Shown here: piece by piece, positions 7,677 to 10,462 of the stretch
How the letters are laid out: every line of letters begins with the position of its first letter
Position numbering within the stretch: the stretch's first letter is position 1
Assembly (NCBI GenBank): GCA_037917675.1
Contig: JAVCBW010000031.1
Location: 1-10,462, forward strand
DNA from: Thermoproteota archaeon
GTDB lineage: Archaea > Korarchaeota > Korarchaeia > B14-G2
Direction of reading: 5' to 3'
Length of the DNA: 10,462 nt
Notes under the pieces: model-generated
Told to the model about the DNA's origin: nothing
Database searches by the model: none
The model's input: only the letters and a program-made list of their open reading frames with translations
Made by a program: the position numbers and the translations under genes

Positions 7677-7812
7677 ATGGCTCACATCCCTCTAGAGACC
7701 TAGATGCCTCTGAGATTTGATCTGGTAGATAGCTATGCGATCTCTAGTTGATGCTGCTGCATACGTCTTAAGGCTTGTTGGTTAATTTTTTTTCCCTATC
7801 TTCCAGGCTAAT

Positions 7813-7828
7813 GAAAAGATTTATAAAT
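7813..7828 (+). promoter_or_regulatory. Archaeal BRE + TATA promoter for the OYE-family gene
   Basis: GAAAAGA-TTTATAAAT, a consensus BRE/TATA about 30-40 nt upstream of the GTG at 7859. It lies inside the ORF-track N-terminal extension, which argues against the 7775 start. Confidence 0.72.
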
Positions 7829-7858
7829 AGGATAGCTGTCGGGGGTAAGGTGTGGTTT

Positions 7859-9886
7859 GTGTCACAAGAGGAGATGTTTCGAAAGCTATTCGAGCCTGTT
7901 AAAGTAGGTCCCTTGACTGCTCCAAACAGGATAATAGCAGCACCTATGGTTCAAGACCTCGCTACTCCAGAAGGCTATGTGACTCGGAGGATGCTAGCTC
8001 ACTACAGAAGGCTAGCTGAGGGAGAGTGGGGCATCATAACTGTGGAGGCCACAAGAATACATCCCTCAGGCTCACAGTTTAGGCACATGCTAGCAATATG
8101 GAGTGATAAGCACATATGTGGTCACGCTGAGCTAGTTGACACCATAAAGCATGTTAGCCCCAATACACTGGTTGCTCTACAGATTGTACATGGAGGGCAT
8201 GCAGCAAGGTGGCAGATCACAGCATGGGAGCCTGACCGTGATGGAGCATACTGCATGAGCCCATCTGGGATCCAAGCACCATGGAGAGAGAATAGAGTCA
8301 GAGCCATGTCTTCAGAGGAGATCAGCAGGACGCTAGACTGGCATGCTGAAGCTGCTAGGAGAGCTAAAGAAGCTGGCTATGATCTAGTGATGCTTCACAT
8401 GACACATGGCTTCCTCCTACAGAACTTGATGTCTCCATACTGGAACAGAAGAACTGACAAGTGGGGAGACCCGAAGTATGTGTTAGAAGAGCTATTTGAC
8501 AGAGTCAGAGGGGTAGTAGGGAAAGACTATCCTATTTGTGCAAGGGTCTGTGCTGATGAGGGCATAAACAGGCTTTCAGCAAAATACCTTCTGAAAGCTG
8601 CTCATGGAGGCCCAGACAGAGACGGCATAACCCCAGAGTTCTTCATAAACACGATACTCCCAATACTTGAAGAGAACAATGTAGTCTGGCTCTCAGTGAC
8701 GGTAGGAGATGTGCTGCCTACATGTGACTACCTGATACCAGTAATCTACTACCCAAGAGGATACTGGCTACATATAGCTGAGAGAATCAAGAATGCATTG
8801 AAGAACAAGGAGATAGTAGTGTCATGTCCAGGAAAGCTAGCGATGGATCCAGGGCTGATGGCTAAGGTTGTTGCCGATGGCAGAATAGACATGGTTGAGG
8901 CTGGAAGGCCACAGTTCGCAGACCCAGATATCCCCAAGAAGATTAGAGAGGGTAGGCTAGATGAGATAACCCTATGTACATCATGTGACTGGTGTACACA
9001 AGACCTCTTTGAGCAGAAGGTAGTGAGGTGTGCAAGCAATCCTGCACAGGCATTTGAATACGAGTATGAGGAGAGGCCAGCTATCAAGCCGAAGACTGTT
9101 GTCGTAGTAGGTGGAGGCCCTGCTGGCATGGTGGCTGCAACAATCCTAGCGAGACGCGGCCACAAGGTCGTGCTGTTCGAGAAATCAGGGGAGCTAGGTG
9201 GCCAAATAGCTCTAGCTGCGAGAAACAGGCTTACAGCAGACTTCAGGAACTTCATAGTCTCATATGAGAATAAGCTGAAGAAGCTTGGAGTCGAGATGAG
9301 GCTCAATGAAGAGGCTACACCAGATAAGGTCAAGGAACTGAATCCAGACGCCATAGTGGTAGCAGCTGGATCCAGGCCAGCTAAGCCAGACATACCGGGA
9401 GTAGACAAGCCACACGTCCTAACAGAGGACGAGGCAATCCTCAAGGGCCCAGATGAGTTAGGAGATGAAATAGCGATAATAGGTGCAAGGAAGTGGGGTG
9501 CTGAGCTGGCACTGTGGCTAATAGAAGAAGGTAAGAAGGTGACGCTCATCGATGAGACAGCTGGGCCAGTTGGCATAGACACCAGAAACTGGAATAGGCT
9601 CTTCTACTACCTGCTATGGACACTTCAAGAGAAGGCTACAATATACCTAGAGGTCAAGGATATAGAGATAACAGACACAGGCGTTAGATTCAGGGACAAG
9701 AGTGGGGAGGTGAAGGAGGTAAAGGCAGACAATGTAGTCCTAGCTGTCAAGAGGGTGCCAAACAGAGAAGTCTATGAGGCTCTTAAGGGGCTGGCACCTG
9801 AGGTCTATAACATAGGAGACAGTGTGGCTCCAAGGTATCTGATAAACGCCACTCAGATGGCAGCCTACTATGCTAGAAAGATCTAG
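7859..9886 (+). CDS. Multi-domain NADH:flavin oxidoreductase / Old Yellow Enzyme family protein (FMN TIM barrel + [4Fe-4S] + FAD domain; FadH/enoate reductase/BaiCD-like)
   Basis: LFEPVKVG..NRIIAAPM, AKEAGYD, HMTHGFLL..MSPYWNRRTDKWG, GRPQFADP, C-x2-C-x2-C-x11-C (8975-9031), VVVVGGGPAG and IGDSVAPR. Start placed at GTG 7859 (AGGTG upstream, downstream of the TATA box). ATG 7874 is an alternative. Confidence 0.9.
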   Translation: MSQEEMFRKLFEPVKVGPLTAPNRIIAAPMVQDLATPEGYVTRRMLAHYRRLAEGEWGIITVEATRIHPSGSQFRHMLAIWSDKHICGHAELVDTIKHVSPNTLVALQIVHGGHAARWQITAWEPDRDGAYCMSPSGIQAPWRENRVRAMSSEEISRTLDWHAEAARRAKEAGYDLVMLHMTHGFLLQNLMSPYWNRRTDKWGDPKYVLEELFDRVRGVVGKDYPICARVCADEGINRLSAKYLLKAAHGGPDRDGITPEFFINTILPILEENNVVWLSVTVGDVLPTCDYLIPVIYYPRGYWLHIAERIKNALKNKEIVVSCPGKLAMDPGLMAKVVADGRIDMVEAGRPQFADPDIPKKIREGRLDEITLCTSCDWCTQDLFEQKVVRCASNPAQAFEYEYEERPAIKPKTVVVVGGGPAGMVAATILARRGHKVVLFEKSGELGGQIALAARNRLTADFRNFIVSYENKLKKLGVEMRLNEEATPDKVKELNPDAIVVAAGSRPAKPDIPGVDKPHVLTEDEAILKGPDELGDEIAIIGARKWGAELALWLIEEGKKVTLIDETAGPVGIDTRNWNRLFYYLLWTLQEKATIYLEVKDIEITDTGVRFRDKSGEVKEVKADNVVLAVKRVPNREVYEALKGLAPEVYNIGDSVAPRYLINATQMAAYYARKI

Positions 9887-9929
9887 CCCCCAACTTTTTT
9901 ACTAAAGCTTTAGCAAATAAAAAGAGGGG
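9887..9929. terminator. Putative bidirectional terminator between convergent genes
   Basis: CCCCCAAC-TTTTTT on the + strand right after the TAG, and CCCCTC-TTTTTATTT on the - strand after the MmgE/PrpD stop. The two flank the perfect palindrome CTAAAGCTTTAG (9902-9913). Confidence 0.6.
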
Positions 9930-9939
9930 ATCATTGTAG

Positions 9940-10462
9940 TTATGGCCTCTTGAATACTAGTAGGTCTGTCAGGCCGCTTAGATCTCTGTATGCTTCTATG
10001 TTCAATATTACTTCAGAGCTCCACTTAAGCTGTTCCTCTGAAAGCACAACACTAGCATACTTGTTATAGAGCTCAATGAACTGCTCTCTAGTCAGTGGGT
10101 ACTTTGGCCCACCTATAACCTGATCTCTCTCACCGCTTATTTTTCTACCATCTTTCAAGTATATGGTCACACGGCCTACACCAGACATGTAGGTTTTAGG
10201 CCACTCTGGGTGGACTATGACCTTCACTTTTGAGCGTGCTTCCCTGAACTTCGGGTCAAGTATCTTCTCCCAGCTCACAGTATCCACGTTAACGTCTCCC
10301 TCAAGCATCACCCCTGCCAGCACATGCTGTATGCTAAACCTGCAGTCCTCTAGATCCTTGGGGTCAGGCCTGTCAACGGTCGCATCTATTGGACCTAGCT
10401 CAGCCTCTACCTTCTCTATCTGGTCATAAGTTATGTTGTGCTCCTTAAGAAGCTTGATCATT
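9940..10462 (-). CDS. MmgE/PrpD family protein, C-terminal part only (5' end outside the window)
   Basis: The C-terminal domain pattern IEKVEA...RPDPKD..DCRFSIQHVLA..MLEG..., GRVTIYLKDGRK and GGPKYPLTREQFIELY resembles the MmgE/PrpD consensus FS..Y..A and G.P.NPLS.EE...KF. The ORF runs off the window edge, so the Met at 10461 is probably internal. Confidence 0.8.
   Translation of the reverse strand, partial: MIKLLKEHNITYDQIEKVEAELGPIDATVDRPDPKDLEDCRFSIQHVLAGVMLEGDVNVDTVSWEKILDPKFREARSKVKVIVHPEWPKTYMSGVGRVTIYLKDGRKISGERDQVIGGPKYPLTREQFIELYNKYASVVLSEEQLKWSSEVILNIEAYRDLSGLTDLLVFKRP

Noticed and set aside
7510-7770. Small protein or pseudogene in the divergent intergenic region
   Set aside because: The frames inspected give only short peptides (for example ATG 7529, 23 aa) with no recognisable homology, so no feature can be supported without blastx.
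7775-7858. N-terminal extension of the OYE ORF starting at TTG 7775
   Set aside because: It overlaps a T-run and the BRE/TATA promoter (7813-7828), and family similarity begins only at about MFRKLFEP.
7859-9886. Assignment as trimethylamine or histamine dehydrogenase
   Set aside because: There is no cysteine for covalent FMN attachment (APMV where TMADH has VPHC), and the active-site Tyr is missing.
3070-9886. Pyrrolysine or selenocysteine read-through at the TAG stops of larA and the OYE gene
   Set aside because: Both proteins are full length for their families and are followed by short gaps, terminator-like sequence and convergent genes.
8122-10429. ORFs 8122-8307 (-), 8749-9582 (-, 277 aa) and 10217-10429 (+)
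   Set aside because: Antisense shadows of the OYE and MmgE/PrpD genes. They are very Ser-rich and have no domain signature.
1-10462. CRISPR array, tRNA/rRNA, IS element or integrase
   Set aside because: No spaced direct repeats, RNA-gene signatures, transposase or integrase ORFs, or terminal inverted repeats were seen. The window is almost fully covered by enzyme genes.

Overview
Gene-dense, almost certainly archaeal region (BRE/TATA promoters, GGTGA/GAGGTG ribosome-binding sites, oligo-T terminators, frequent AGG/AGA/ATA codons), probably from an anaerobe. It holds four transcription units for organic-acid/acyl-CoA metabolism. (1) A + strand 2-oxoacid:ferredoxin oxidoreductase operon with a fused gamma-delta subunit, alpha and beta (13-3013). 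(2) A - strand operon of an acyl-CoA dehydrogenase with an extra C-terminal winged-helix-like domain, a family I (Ach1/Cat1/AarC-like) CoA-transferase and a LarA-family nickel-pincer racemase/epimerase (7453-3070). (3) A divergently transcribed multi-domain Old Yellow Enzyme/FadH-like FMN-[4Fe-4S]-FAD oxidoreductase with non-canonical catalytic and NAD(P)-binding motifs (about 7859-9886). (4) The 3' end of a convergent MmgE/PrpD-family gene cut by the window edge. No RNA genes, mobile elements or CRISPR arrays were seen. The strongest leads are the ACAD-winged-helix fusion next to a palindrome-rich divergent promoter region, and active-site deviations in several enzymes, which suggest an uncharacterised chiral carboxylic-acid pathway. 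All family and residue comparisons come from recalled motifs, not from database searches.
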